Assembly: GCA_965246885.1 (NCBI GenBank)
Contig: OZ251992.1
Location: forward strand, 3,264,001-3,328,000
Direction of reading: 5' to 3'
Length of the DNA: 64,000 nt
Source of the DNA: Abditibacterium sp.
GTDB lineage: Bacteria > Armatimonadota > Abditibacteriia > Abditibacteriales > Abditibacteriaceae
Shown: in pieces, positions 21,651-29,765 of the stretch
Layout of the letters: every line of letters starts with the position of its first letter
How positions within the stretch are numbered: the first letter of the stretch is position 1
Made by a program: the position numbers and the translations under genes
Notes under the pieces: model-generated
Seen by the model: the letters and a program-made list of their open reading frames with translations, nothing else
What the model was told of the DNA's origin: nothing
Database searches by the model: none

Positions 21651-22099
21651 GCGCTGGAGTGTAACCCTTCCAAGAACGCCTTCGCCGCTTGGTATCTCTC
21701 GATGCGCGCGAGGTCGGCGGCGGTTGGGTTCTTGATGCGGTCGAGGCGCGAGTTGTCCGTCAAATCCGCAATCTTGACGCGGCGCGCAATCGGGTTGGGC
21801 GCCACGCGCTCGATGGCGAGTTGATAATCGCGCTCGCCTTCGGCGTTTTTCGTCAACAGGTCAACGGCCTCTACCACCTCGTCGTGGTAGCCCATGCGCC
21901 GCAACTCTTCGAGCGTGACGCCGCAGTCCTCGACCGTATCGTGGAGGAGCGCCGCCATTTGCTCGGCCTCGGTCGCGTCGGGGCCGAGGTTCTCCATCAC
22001 GCGGATGGGGTGGAAAATATACGGGCGGCCCGCTTTGTCCGTTTGGCCGCGATGCTTTTGGGCGGCGAAGAAGAGGGTGTCTTCAAGCCTGGGTTTCAT
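21611..22099 (-). CDS. Stand-alone RelA/SpoT-type HD hydrolase (small alarmone hydrolase-like)
   Basis: HRGQTDKAGRPYIFHP, ALLHDTVED, VKIADLTDN. Confidence 0.88.
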   Translation of the reverse strand: MKPRLEDTLFFAAQKHRGQTDKAGRPYIFHPIRVMENLGPDATEAEQMAALLHDTVEDCGVTLEELRRMGYHDEVVEAVDLLTKNAEGERDYQLAIERVAPNPIARRVKIADLTDNSRLDRIKNPTAADLARIERYQAAKAFLEGLHSSAKFALDDRARLRG

Positions 22100-22637
22100 C
22101 TTCGAGAGTTTGCAAAGCGCGGCGGAAGACGTGATGCTCCTCACCGCCCCAGAGCGCAAAGGTCACGCGGCGCAGACTGGTTTCGGGGTGGGCGCGCAGA
22201 AATTCGATGGCGCTTCGCAGGGCAATGGGCGCGGCGCGTTCAAGGGGAAAGGCGTACACGCCCGTTGAAATGGAAGGCAAGACAATGCTTTCTAAACCTT
22301 GCCAATCGGCCTCGGCGAGCGCGTTACGAAAAGCGGCGTGTAAATCCGCGTCGCACCCCTGCGCGTTCCCTTCCTTCCAGATGGGGCCAGCGACGTGGAA
22401 AACGAGGCGATGCGAGAGGTTGTGCCCGCCCGTGACGACGACCTGCGCAGTTGCGGCGCCATCGGGAGCGACGCGGCGCAGTTCTTCCATCATCGCGGGG
22501 CCGCCGCGAAAGTGAATGGCGCCGTCTATGCCGCCGCCGCCTGTCATCGCGCGGTTTGCAGCGTTGACGATGGCGTCGGCGGACACGTCCAAAGCGCTGG
22601 CGCGCACGACTTCCAACTCGGTTTGGTTGATTCTCAT
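22083..22637 (-). CDS. Macro-domain protein (ADP-ribose/O-acetyl-ADP-ribose hydrolase, YmdB-like)
   Basis: DAIVNAAN..MTGGGGIDGAIH, PSISTGVYAFP. Confidence 0.92.
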   Translation of the reverse strand: MRINQTELEVVRASALDVSADAIVNAANRAMTGGGGIDGAIHFRGGPAMMEELRRVAPDGAATAQVVVTGGHNLSHRLVFHVAGPIWKEGNAQGCDADLHAAFRNALAEADWQGLESIVLPSISTGVYAFPLERAAPIALRSAIEFLRAHPETSLRRVTFALWGGEEHHVFRRALQTLEDETQA

Positions 22638-22691
22638 AGTTCCTTGGGCGCAGTGTGAACCATTTGGCACGGTGACGTGTCCAAAGGAGCC

Positions 22692-23138
22692 GTGAAATCC
22701 CAAATCCTCGGCGCGCTCGCGCTCGTTTCTTCCGTTGCCGTTTCTTCTGCCGTCGCGCAGGGCGCTTCGTGCGGCTACTGCCACAAGCCAATCGTCGGTG
22801 CGCCCTACTCTCTCAAGAACGCCAAGCACTCCGAGCAGTTCAAGTGCGCTTATTGCGCCGTCGCCGATGCATCGGGCGCCGATGATTGGAAGGGCGACGT
22901 GACCGTCATCGCTCCGTCCGAGAACGCCAAAAAGTCCGTCACGCTCAAGCGCGTCGGCGGCAAGTGGAAGCAGTTTCCCGCAACCGCAGTTTTCACCGAG
23001 GCTTCGCCCATTCGCCATTCCAAGTGCGGCGAGCAATACCGCGCTTTCACCAACAAGGCCGCCGCGCAAGCCTACATCAAAACCGGCGCGGCGGACAAGG
23101 TCATCTCCCTGGCCGAGTTGGTTGAAAAGGCGAGCTAA
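22692..23138 (+). CDS. Exported Cys-rich metal-binding protein, NosL-like
   Basis: AAGGAG + GTG; signal peptide; CGYCH, KCAYCA, HSKC; C-terminal AFTNKAAAQAYIK..KVISLAEL. Confidence 0.6.
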   Translation: MKSQILGALALVSSVAVSSAVAQGASCGYCHKPIVGAPYSLKNAKHSEQFKCAYCAVADASGADDWKGDVTVIAPSENAKKSVTLKRVGGKWKQFPATAVFTEASPIRHSKCGEQYRAFTNKAAAQAYIKTGAADKVISLAELVEKAS

Positions 23139-23152
23139 CGGCCCCGGCGAAC

Positions 23153-23195
23153 GAAAGAATTAGCTCGCTGAAACGCTCAGCGGGCTAATTCTTTC
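23153..23195. terminator. Hairpin, probable terminator, left of the tandem array
   Basis: GAAAGAATTAGCTCGCTGA-AACGC-TCAGCGGGCTAATTCTTTC. Confidence 0.7.
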
Positions 23196-23207
23196 ATTCC
23201 CGCACGT

Positions 23208-23436
23208 GCGCCGATGACTCGCGCAACCGCGCCGATGACTCGCGCAACCGCGCCGATGACTCGCGCAACCGCGCCGATGACTCGCGTAGCCGCGCCGATG
23301 ACTCGCGTAGCCGCGCCGATGACTCGCGTAGCCGCGCCGATGACTCGCGTAGCCGCGCCGATGACTCGCGTAGCCGCGCCGATGACTCGCGTAGCCGCGC
23401 CGATGACTCGCGTAGCCGCGCCGATGACTCGCGTAG
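23208..23436. repeat. 21-bp tandem repeat (VNTR), about 10.9 copies
   Basis: GCGCCGATGACTCGCGCAACC x3, GCGCCGATGACTCGCGTAGCC x7, plus a 19-bp partial copy. Confidence 0.98.
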
Positions 23437-23483
23437 ACAATCCTTTCGTCTACCGTTGCCCTTAAATCGAAGAGTTAGCCCGT

Positions 23484-26294
23484 TCAGCCGCTCGCCGGGA
23501 CAACGTAAGGGGCCAATTTGCCCGGCGACGACGGGAACAGGCGCTCACCCGTTGTTTGCGGGTTCGGGGCATCGAGCGGGCCGGACGGCGGGGGCAAATT
23601 TGGGATAACGAAGGGCGGCAACGAGGGGCGCGGCGTCGCGGTCGGCGCGGCGGGCAGGTTGGGCGTCGAGGGGAGAGGCAAGCCGCCTGTTCCCCTACGC
23701 GGTGGCAAGGCGCGCGACGGAGCGGGAGTTTTGGCGGGCGTCGGCACAGGCGGCAGGGGAGCGAGGGTGTTGCTCATGCCCGCTTCGAGGGGCATCGAAA
23801 AACCGAGCGTCGAGCGGAGCGCGCTCGTCAGGCGGCCTTCGGGCAGAAAGGTCGCCGTATTGTTCCACCAAGGGAAGTTGCCGCTTTGTGCGCCCCAGTC
23901 GAGGGGGGCGCCTTCGGCGTTGTGCACCAGAAAACCAAAGCGCACTACGCCATCTTTCTGCGCGGCGGCGCGCGGGTTCAGCCCCGGCAAGGCCGCGAGC
24001 GGCAAGCGCGCCTCGTAGGTCGTGGTCGCGCTTTGCTCGTCGCGGGCCACCACACACCGCGCTCCCGGCACCGCCCCGCCCCAACGCACACGGTCGGCAA
24101 CCGAGTTATACGGCTTGTCGCCGCCCCACAAGCGCAACACGCGGCCTTGATAATTCTGCGCATCGGCTTGGCTCCAAGGCGACAGCAAAAAGCCAAAATC
24201 CGCGTCCCGAAACGGCGCCGCTCCCGGCAGCGTTCCCGGCCCCTGACTCAGGCCAAAGCCAAGTTGGATGGCATCGAAGTTGTGCCAAAACTCGTAAGCG
24301 GGCGCTTCGGGATTGCGCGCCGTGAGCGCGTTTTCGTGCACCTGCGCGGCGACGTAGAGGTTGGCGGCGTCCCATTTCCACGCTAATTTCGCGCGAACTC
24401 CCGCCGCGTTGGGGCCTACCGGGAGCCAGTTCGCGCCCGCCCAGTCGTCCAACCGCCCATCTATTTTGGGGGCGTCCGCTTTAACCACGCCTTGCGCCGA
24501 GGCGACCGTCGCGTTCCACTTCCAACCGCCGCGCAACCCGCCGCGCGTCGAGAGTTCAAAAGGGAGTTCCGGCTTTTTCGGGTCGAGCGGGGCCGCGAGC
24601 GCGTGAAATTCGAGGGTGCGCGCTTCGCCTTGCCCAAGCGAAAGATCGAAGCGGTCGCTCGCCAGTTTCCAACCGCGCGGCGCCCGCAGTTGCACCCCAC
24701 CTGCCACCGCGTCCAAACCGATGTTTTGGACGCGCACCCGGATGGTTGCGCTCCCCGGCCCCGTCGTGCGCGGGTCGCGCGACAAGGGCAGCAGTTGCGC
24801 GGCGAGCGTGTCCAACCCCGACACCCGCGCACTTCGCAATGCATAGCTCAGCACTTCCGTCGAAACATCCGACGCGATGTACACGGGTTGCTGCCCCAGT
24901 TCCACGTCCAGCTTGCCGTTCTGCGAGGCCGACAGCGCGTTGCCGTAGGCGTCGAGCACCTGCGCGGGCGCCACGCGCAACGTCATCCGGCACGGCTTGA
25001 GCGGGGCGTATAAGACGGCGACCGAGCCGCGTGGCACGCGAAAGAGGGCGCCTTCAAGCGAGGGCGAGCGCGGAAACAGTTGCTCGCGGAACGCGGCGTC
25101 TTCGAGTGTGCGCGAGAGCATGGTGAACGCCGCCGCGCGCGCCATCGCTTTGGCGCCGCCGCTTACGTCGGACGCGATGGGTTCCGACATCGAGGACGCG
25201 CCCGCCATAATCGCCGAGAGGTAGTCGGCGGTCATTTCGGCGGCCCCACCGCTCGCGTCCGCGCGGCGCAGATGGAAGGAGCTTAGCCCCGCATCGCGCG
25301 CCGCGAGCGCGCGCGACAGCCACAAGCGCCGCAACGCCGCCGGATGCACACTGTCCGTCGAAGCGAGCGGCCAGCTAAACGTCGCCCCATCGAGCGAACC
25401 CGTCCGCAAGCGCGCTCCCTGCGGTGACACCCCCGGCGGAAGCGTCGGCAACGGCCCCAACAGCGCCACATCAGGGCGCCGCGCGCGCACCAACTGCGAC
25501 CACGAATCGAGGTCAGAAGTTTCCAAGTCGCCCTTGAGTTCCCACGTCGAAAGCGCGTTCAAGCGCGCGAGCGTCGAGGGCACTTGGCGCGCCCAGAACG
25601 CGGGCGCGCGGCTCCCGTCGTCGCTCAAATCGAGGAGCGCAATGGAACTGAGATTGCGCCGCAAACGCTCGCCAAGTTGCGCCTCAAGGGCGGGCCAATC
25701 GGGGCGCGTCGGGTCGGCGGGAAGCGGCGAGCGCAACACGCGCGCGCCCAACCGACTGTAAAAGTTGAGGCCGCGCGCATCAAGGGAGGAGGGCGCATCG
25801 AGCACGAAGAACGAGCGGGGCCGCGCGCCGGGCGTCGAATTAACGGGCGGCGCAAGCGTGACGGCAAAGGGGAGGGTCGCCGACACTCCCGGCCCGCGCC
25901 GCCCATACGAGGCCCGCGTTTGCAAGAGGTAGCCGCCGCGTAGTGGCGAATCGAACAGTTCACGCCGCACGATGGTGGCGCCGCTTTCAAGCGAGAACGA
26001 CGCGCGCCGCGACCAGACGACGGCGCCCTGCGCGTCGGAGATTTTCCAGTCGAGCGTGATGTCGCGCGCGTCTTTGGCGCCGTTTTGCAAGCGCGCCGCG
26101 AACAGAATCGGCGTTTGCGAGGCGAGGGTGTCGCGGTCGAAGTAAACGCTTGTCGGCTCCTCGCCGCTCAGTTCCAACCCCGGCGCGTTGGGATCGGGCG
26201 CTCCCGACTGCGCGCGCGCACTTCCCGCGCACGCCCCCAACAGCGCGAGCGTCCAGCCCAATTTCCATAAGTGGTGCGACGAAAGAGAAAGCAT
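23484..26294 (-). CDS. Large exported carbohydrate-associated protein (GH-like core, NEW3-like Ig domain, CBM9-like domain, Pro-rich tail)
   Basis: Signal peptide; APRGWKL...LGQGEARTLEF; PKIDGRLDDW...WDAANLYVAAQV...YEARLPLAAL. Confidence 0.6.
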   Translation of the reverse strand: MLSLSSHHLWKLGWTLALLGACAGSARAQSGAPDPNAPGLELSGEEPTSVYFDRDTLASQTPILFAARLQNGAKDARDITLDWKISDAQGAVVWSRRASFSLESGATIVRRELFDSPLRGGYLLQTRASYGRRGPGVSATLPFAVTLAPPVNSTPGARPRSFFVLDAPSSLDARGLNFYSRLGARVLRSPLPADPTRPDWPALEAQLGERLRRNLSSIALLDLSDDGSRAPAFWARQVPSTLARLNALSTWELKGDLETSDLDSWSQLVRARRPDVALLGPLPTLPPGVSPQGARLRTGSLDGATFSWPLASTDSVHPAALRRLWLSRALAARDAGLSSFHLRRADASGGAAEMTADYLSAIMAGASSMSEPIASDVSGGAKAMARAAAFTMLSRTLEDAAFREQLFPRSPSLEGALFRVPRGSVAVLYAPLKPCRMTLRVAPAQVLDAYGNALSASQNGKLDVELGQQPVYIASDVSTEVLSYALRSARVSGLDTLAAQLLPLSRDPRTTGPGSATIRVRVQNIGLDAVAGGVQLRAPRGWKLASDRFDLSLGQGEARTLEFHALAAPLDPKKPELPFELSTRGGLRGGWKWNATVASAQGVVKADAPKIDGRLDDWAGANWLPVGPNAAGVRAKLAWKWDAANLYVAAQVHENALTARNPEAPAYEFWHNFDAIQLGFGLSQGPGTLPGAAPFRDADFGFLLSPWSQADAQNYQGRVLRLWGGDKPYNSVADRVRWGGAVPGARCVVARDEQSATTTYEARLPLAALPGLNPRAAAQKDGVVRFGFLVHNAEGAPLDWGAQSGNFPWWNNTATFLPEGRLTSALRSTLGFSMPLEAGMSNTLAPLPPVPTPAKTPAPSRALPPRRGTGGLPLPSTPNLPAAPTATPRPSLPPFVIPNLPPPSGPLDAPNPQTTGERLFPSSPGKLAPYVVPASG

Positions 26295-26366
26295 AATTTG
26301 GAAACGGCGCGCGGCGCCTATGAGAGTTTGAGGGGCGAGAAGAGAATGGGTGGCGCCGCGCGCGCC

Positions 26367-27167
26367 CTACCCCAATTCCCGCGAGCGCTCCGCCGCCGCA
26401 ACGACGGCATCCATGACGGTGCCCCGAAAAGCGCCGCTTTCGAGCGCGTGCAGTCCGGCGATGGTGGTGCCGCCCGGACTGGCAACGCGGTCTTTGAGCG
26501 TGCCGGGGTGCTCGCCGGTTTCGAGCACCATTTTGGCGCTGCCCAAGACGGTTTGGGCCGCGAGTTGCATGGCCACATCGCGCGGCAATCCGGCGCGCAC
26601 GCCGCCATCGGCGAGAGCTTCGATGAACAAAAACACATAAGCCGGGCCGCTTCCCGACAAGCCGGTGACGGCGTCCAGCAACTTCTCGTCGGCTTCGACG
26701 CACAAACCGACTGCCGCGAAGATGGCGCGCGCTTTGGCCACGTGTTCGGCTCCGGCGTGTGCTCCGGCGCAGATGACCGTCGCCGCCGCGCCGACCAAGG
26801 CGGGCGTGTTCGGCATGACGCGCACGACGGGCACGGGCGCGTCAAAGCACGCTTCGAGCCGTTTTGTCGAAACGCCCGCCGCAATGGAAACGAGGGTTTG
26901 CCCCGCCGTTAAAGTGCTGCGGAGCGGGGCAAGGGCGCTTTCGATGACCTGCGGCTTGACGGCCAAAAGCACCACATCCGCTCCTGCGACGGCTTCCTCG
27001 ACTGACCCCGCCGCGCGCGCGCCAAGCGAACCGGCCAAGGCTGCGACGCGGGCGGAGTCCACGTCAAAGAGAACCAAGTCGGACCCGGCATAGGTGCCCG
27101 CAAGGATAAGGCCGCGCGACAGCGCCTCGCCCATCGCGCCCGCCCCGATAAAGGAAAGTTGAGACAT
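26367..27167 (-). CDS. proC: Pyrroline-5-carboxylate reductase
   Basis: FIGAGAMG, LAVKPQ, RVMPNTP, SGSGPAY, SPGGTT. Confidence 0.97.
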   Translation of the reverse strand: MSQLSFIGAGAMGEALSRGLILAGTYAGSDLVLFDVDSARVAALAGSLGARAAGSVEEAVAGADVVLLAVKPQVIESALAPLRSTLTAGQTLVSIAAGVSTKRLEACFDAPVPVVRVMPNTPALVGAAATVICAGAHAGAEHVAKARAIFAAVGLCVEADEKLLDAVTGLSGSGPAYVFLFIEALADGGVRAGLPRDVAMQLAAQTVLGSAKMVLETGEHPGTLKDRVASPGGTTIAGLHALESGAFRGTVMDAVVAAAERSRELG

Positions 27168-27173
27168 GATTCA

Positions 27174-27276
27174 AACGCGGAATTCGGAAGCCGGAACGCG
27201 GAAAAAGACGCGCCGCAAACGCTCAATTCGCGTTTCGCCCGTTCTTTTGCGCGTTCCAACTTCCGAATTCCGCGTT
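27174..27276 (-). repeat. Long imperfect inverted repeat of 7-bp units between sepF and proC
   Basis: AACGCGGAATTCGGAAG... / ...CTTCCGAATTCCGCGTT, arms about 34 bp. Confidence 0.85.
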
Positions 27277-27284
27277 CATAAGTC

Positions 27285-27968
27285 TTAGCGTTCCCACGAG
27301 CGGCGTTCGCTCGCGGACGGCTCGGCTTTGGAAGTCGAGGACAGGGCGCCGTCGTGCGCTTCGTCGCGGAAAAGCGGGTCGCGGTTTTCGCCGAAATCGG
27401 CTTCGTCACTGGTGATCTCGTAGTCTCCCGGCGTAAACAGGAAGATGGTGGCGCCCAATTTCATGGCGTGCCCTTGGTTGTCGAGGCCGTAGCAGACGCC
27501 GCTCATGAAGTCCACGATGCGAAGCGCGGAACCCTTGTCGAGGTCATCAAGGTTGAGGATGACGGCGCAACCGGTCTTGAGGTAGTCGGCGGCCACGCTC
27601 GCTTCGTCCATTGACTTGGGCTTGAGCGTGTAGACGTTCTTTTCGCGCCCGCGAATGGGCATGGCGACAGGGCGAAGCCTGCGGCCCGACGCGGACGCGC
27701 CCGACGATGAGCCGCTTCCAAAGGTCGAATCGGCGCGCGGGGGCGCGGTGTAGGATGGGTAAGGGTCTTCGTCGGAAGGCGCTTCGCCGCGTCGCATGGC
27801 CGAAGGCGAGGAGTAGCGCGAGGGCGCGGCGGGTTCGGGTTCGTCTTCGTGGAGCGAAGCGTGCAGGTCGTTGGAATGGGAAGAAGCCTCTTCGTCTTCG
27901 TCCTCATAGTCCCCACCTTGACCCCACAGGTTACGAAAACCTTGGGCAACGTTGCGAATGGCGCTCAT
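27285..27968 (-). CDS. sepF: Cell division protein SepF
   Basis: VILNL...RIVDFMSGVCYGLD...IFLFTP; yggS-sepF-proC order. Confidence 0.9.
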   Translation of the reverse strand: MSAIRNVAQGFRNLWGQGGDYEDEDEEASSHSNDLHASLHEDEPEPAAPSRYSSPSAMRRGEAPSDEDPYPSYTAPPRADSTFGSGSSSGASASGRRLRPVAMPIRGREKNVYTLKPKSMDEASVAADYLKTGCAVILNLDDLDKGSALRIVDFMSGVCYGLDNQGHAMKLGATIFLFTPGDYEITSDEADFGENRDPLFRDEAHDGALSSTSKAEPSASERRSWER

Positions 27969-28084
27969 TGTATTGTGTGTTGTGTCTCCGTGTGCGTTGA
28001 AAACTGCGGTTAGTGTGTGATGAACCCCCTTTCCAAAGTGGAGGGAGGTAATGGCAACGTTTCGCAAAAAACGTTGGGTGTAGT

Positions 28085-28762
28085 CTAACTTCTTGCGCCA
28101 AACAATGCAGTGCCAACGCGAACTATGGTCGCGCCTTCCTCGATAGCTACCGCGAAGTCCCGACTCATGCCCATAGATAGAACCGTTAGAGTGGGGTGTT
28201 GCACGCTGAATGTATCCTTTAGGACGCGCAGTTCGCGGTGATAAGGGCGCGACTCTTCCGGGTTTTCCCGGAACGGCGGCAGCGACATCAAGCCTTCCAC
28301 TTGCAAATGCGAGAACCCCGTTAACGCATCCAATAGAGCGCCCAGCGATTCCGGTGCGACGCCCGCTTTGGATGCTTCGCCGCCGACATTCACTTGCACC
28401 AACACGCGTTGCGTCTTGCCGACAACCTGCGCCGCTTTATCCAACTCCTTCGCCAACGAGAGGCGGTCAACGGAATGGATTAAGTCGAAGTGCGCCACCG
28501 CCGCGCGCGCCTTGTTCGACTGAAGCGCGCCGATGAAATGCCACGTCGCGGCCAGCCCGCGCTCCCGAAAAGCCCGCACCTTCTCGACGCCTTCGGAAAT
28601 ATAGTTCTCGCCAAAGTCCGTTAGCCCCGCCCCAAGCGCCGCTTCCAAGCGCGCCGCCTCGACGGTTTTGGAAGCGCCGACGAGCGTGATTTCAGCCGGG
28701 TCGCGCCCGACGCGCGCACACGTGGCAGCGATTTGGGCGCGGATGAGTTCGAGGGGTTGCAT
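28085..28762 (-). CDS. yggS: PLP homeostasis protein YggS
   Basis: GASKTV, FGENY, WHFIGALQSNK, LSMGMSRDF..AIEEGAT.VRVG. Confidence 0.96.
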   Translation of the reverse strand: MQPLELIRAQIAATCARVGRDPAEITLVGASKTVEAARLEAALGAGLTDFGENYISEGVEKVRAFRERGLAATWHFIGALQSNKARAAVAHFDLIHSVDRLSLAKELDKAAQVVGKTQRVLVQVNVGGEASKAGVAPESLGALLDALTGFSHLQVEGLMSLPPFRENPEESRPYHRELRVLKDTFSVQHPTLTVLSMGMSRDFAVAIEEGATIVRVGTALFGARS

Positions 28763-28767
28763 AGAAG

Positions 28768-28802
28768 AAAAACAAAAACGCTCCGATGGCTCGGAGCGTT
28801 GG
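28768..28802 (-). terminator. Intrinsic terminator of rpsT
   Basis: AAACGCTCCGA-GCCA-TCGGAGCGTTTTTGTTTTT. Confidence 0.85.
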
Positions 28803-28822
28803 ACGGTTGAAGTGCGCGCAAC

Positions 28823-29059
28823 TTACGAAGCGGCGGAAGCGGCCAGTTTTTTGGCGAGGCGGCTTTTCTTGCGGGCGGCGGCGTTTTTGTGGATGATGCC
28901 CTTGGACGCGGCGCGGTCGATGACCGACACGGCGAGGTTGGCCTCGCCCGCGATGGCTTTTTTGGTTTCGGTTTTGATGCGCGTTTTGGCGATCTGGTTG
29001 CGCAGGGTGCGCTTGACGGTTTGGCGAAGGCGTTTCTTCGCGGAAGGTAGATTCGGCAT
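28823..29059 (-). CDS. rpsT: 30S ribosomal protein S20
   Basis: [13 protein letters not shown]...[22 protein letters not shown]. Confidence 0.97.
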   Translation of the reverse strand: MPNLPSAKKRLRQTVKRTLRNQIAKTRIKTETKKAIAGEANLAVSVIDRAASKGIIHKNAAARKKSRLAKKLAASAAS

Positions 29060-29151
29060 AGCTTAGATTTTCTCCGCCCGAAAGCGGCTGATTGAAAAAT
29101 TGACCTCAGACATTTTACCGGGTTCGGCGGAGCGAGGCAATTTTGGGCGGG

Positions 29152-29259
29152 TCAGACCTTCGACAAGCCCCACCACAACACGGCCCCGTAGCACAAGAGC
29201 AACAGCAAAATCCCGCCGAAGAAGACGCGCGCGAACTGGCGCCCATTGTCGTCCATCAT
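29152..29259 (-). CDS. Putative 35-aa single-TM peptide coupled to rnhA
   Basis: ATGA overlap with the rnhA stop; MMDDNGRQFARVFFGGILLLLLCYGAVLWWGLSKV. Confidence 0.45.
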   Translation of the reverse strand: MMDDNGRQFARVFFGGILLLLLCYGAVLWWGLSKV

Positions 29260-29765
29260 GCGCGCTTCAACTCCTCTATCGCCAACCGCGCCAGTTCGTC
29301 GCAGCGTTCGTTTTCGGGGTGCCCGGCGTGGCCTTTGACCCAGTGCAGGGAGTGCGGGCGCGTTTGCAAGAGCGCGTGGAGTTCCTGCCAGAGGTCTTGG
29401 TTCTTGACGGGCGCTTTGCTCGCGGTTTTCCAGCCGTTGCGAATCCAACCTTTGAGCCAGACGGTCGCGCCTTTGACGACGTATTCGGAATCGGTGACGA
29501 TTCTCACCCTCGTGCCGGGCGCGACATCTTTGAGGGCGGCGATGAGGGCGCTTAGCTCCATCTTGTTGTTGGTGGTGTCGCTCGCGTAGCCGGACAGTTC
29601 GCGCTTGACGCCGTTTTGCTCGACGATGGCGCCCCAGCCGCCCTTGCCGGGGTTACCCGAACAGGCGCCGTCGCACCAGATAGCTGCTTCATGGAGCGAA
29701 CCAACGCGCGGCGACGGGCTGTCAAGAGCGGCTTCGGTTTCAAATAAAGAAAGGGTTTTGCTCAT
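29256..29765 (-). CDS. rnhA: Ribonuclease HI
   Basis: DGACSGNPGKGGW, TTNNKMEL, TDSEYV, WVKGHAGHPENERCD. Confidence 0.96.
   Translation of the reverse strand: MSKTLSLFETEAALDSPSPRVGSLHEAAIWCDGACSGNPGKGGWGAIVEQNGVKRELSGYASDTTNNKMELSALIAALKDVAPGTRVRIVTDSEYVVKGATVWLKGWIRNGWKTASKAPVKNQDLWQELHALLQTRPHSLHWVKGHAGHPENERCDELARLAIEELKRA

Noticed and set aside
22664..22680. Sigma54 site TTGGCACG upstream of the NosL-like gene
   Set aside because: There is no GC at the -12 position (GG-N10-TG).
23208..23436. CRISPR array
   Set aside because: The units are contiguous with no unique spacers, and there are no cas genes.
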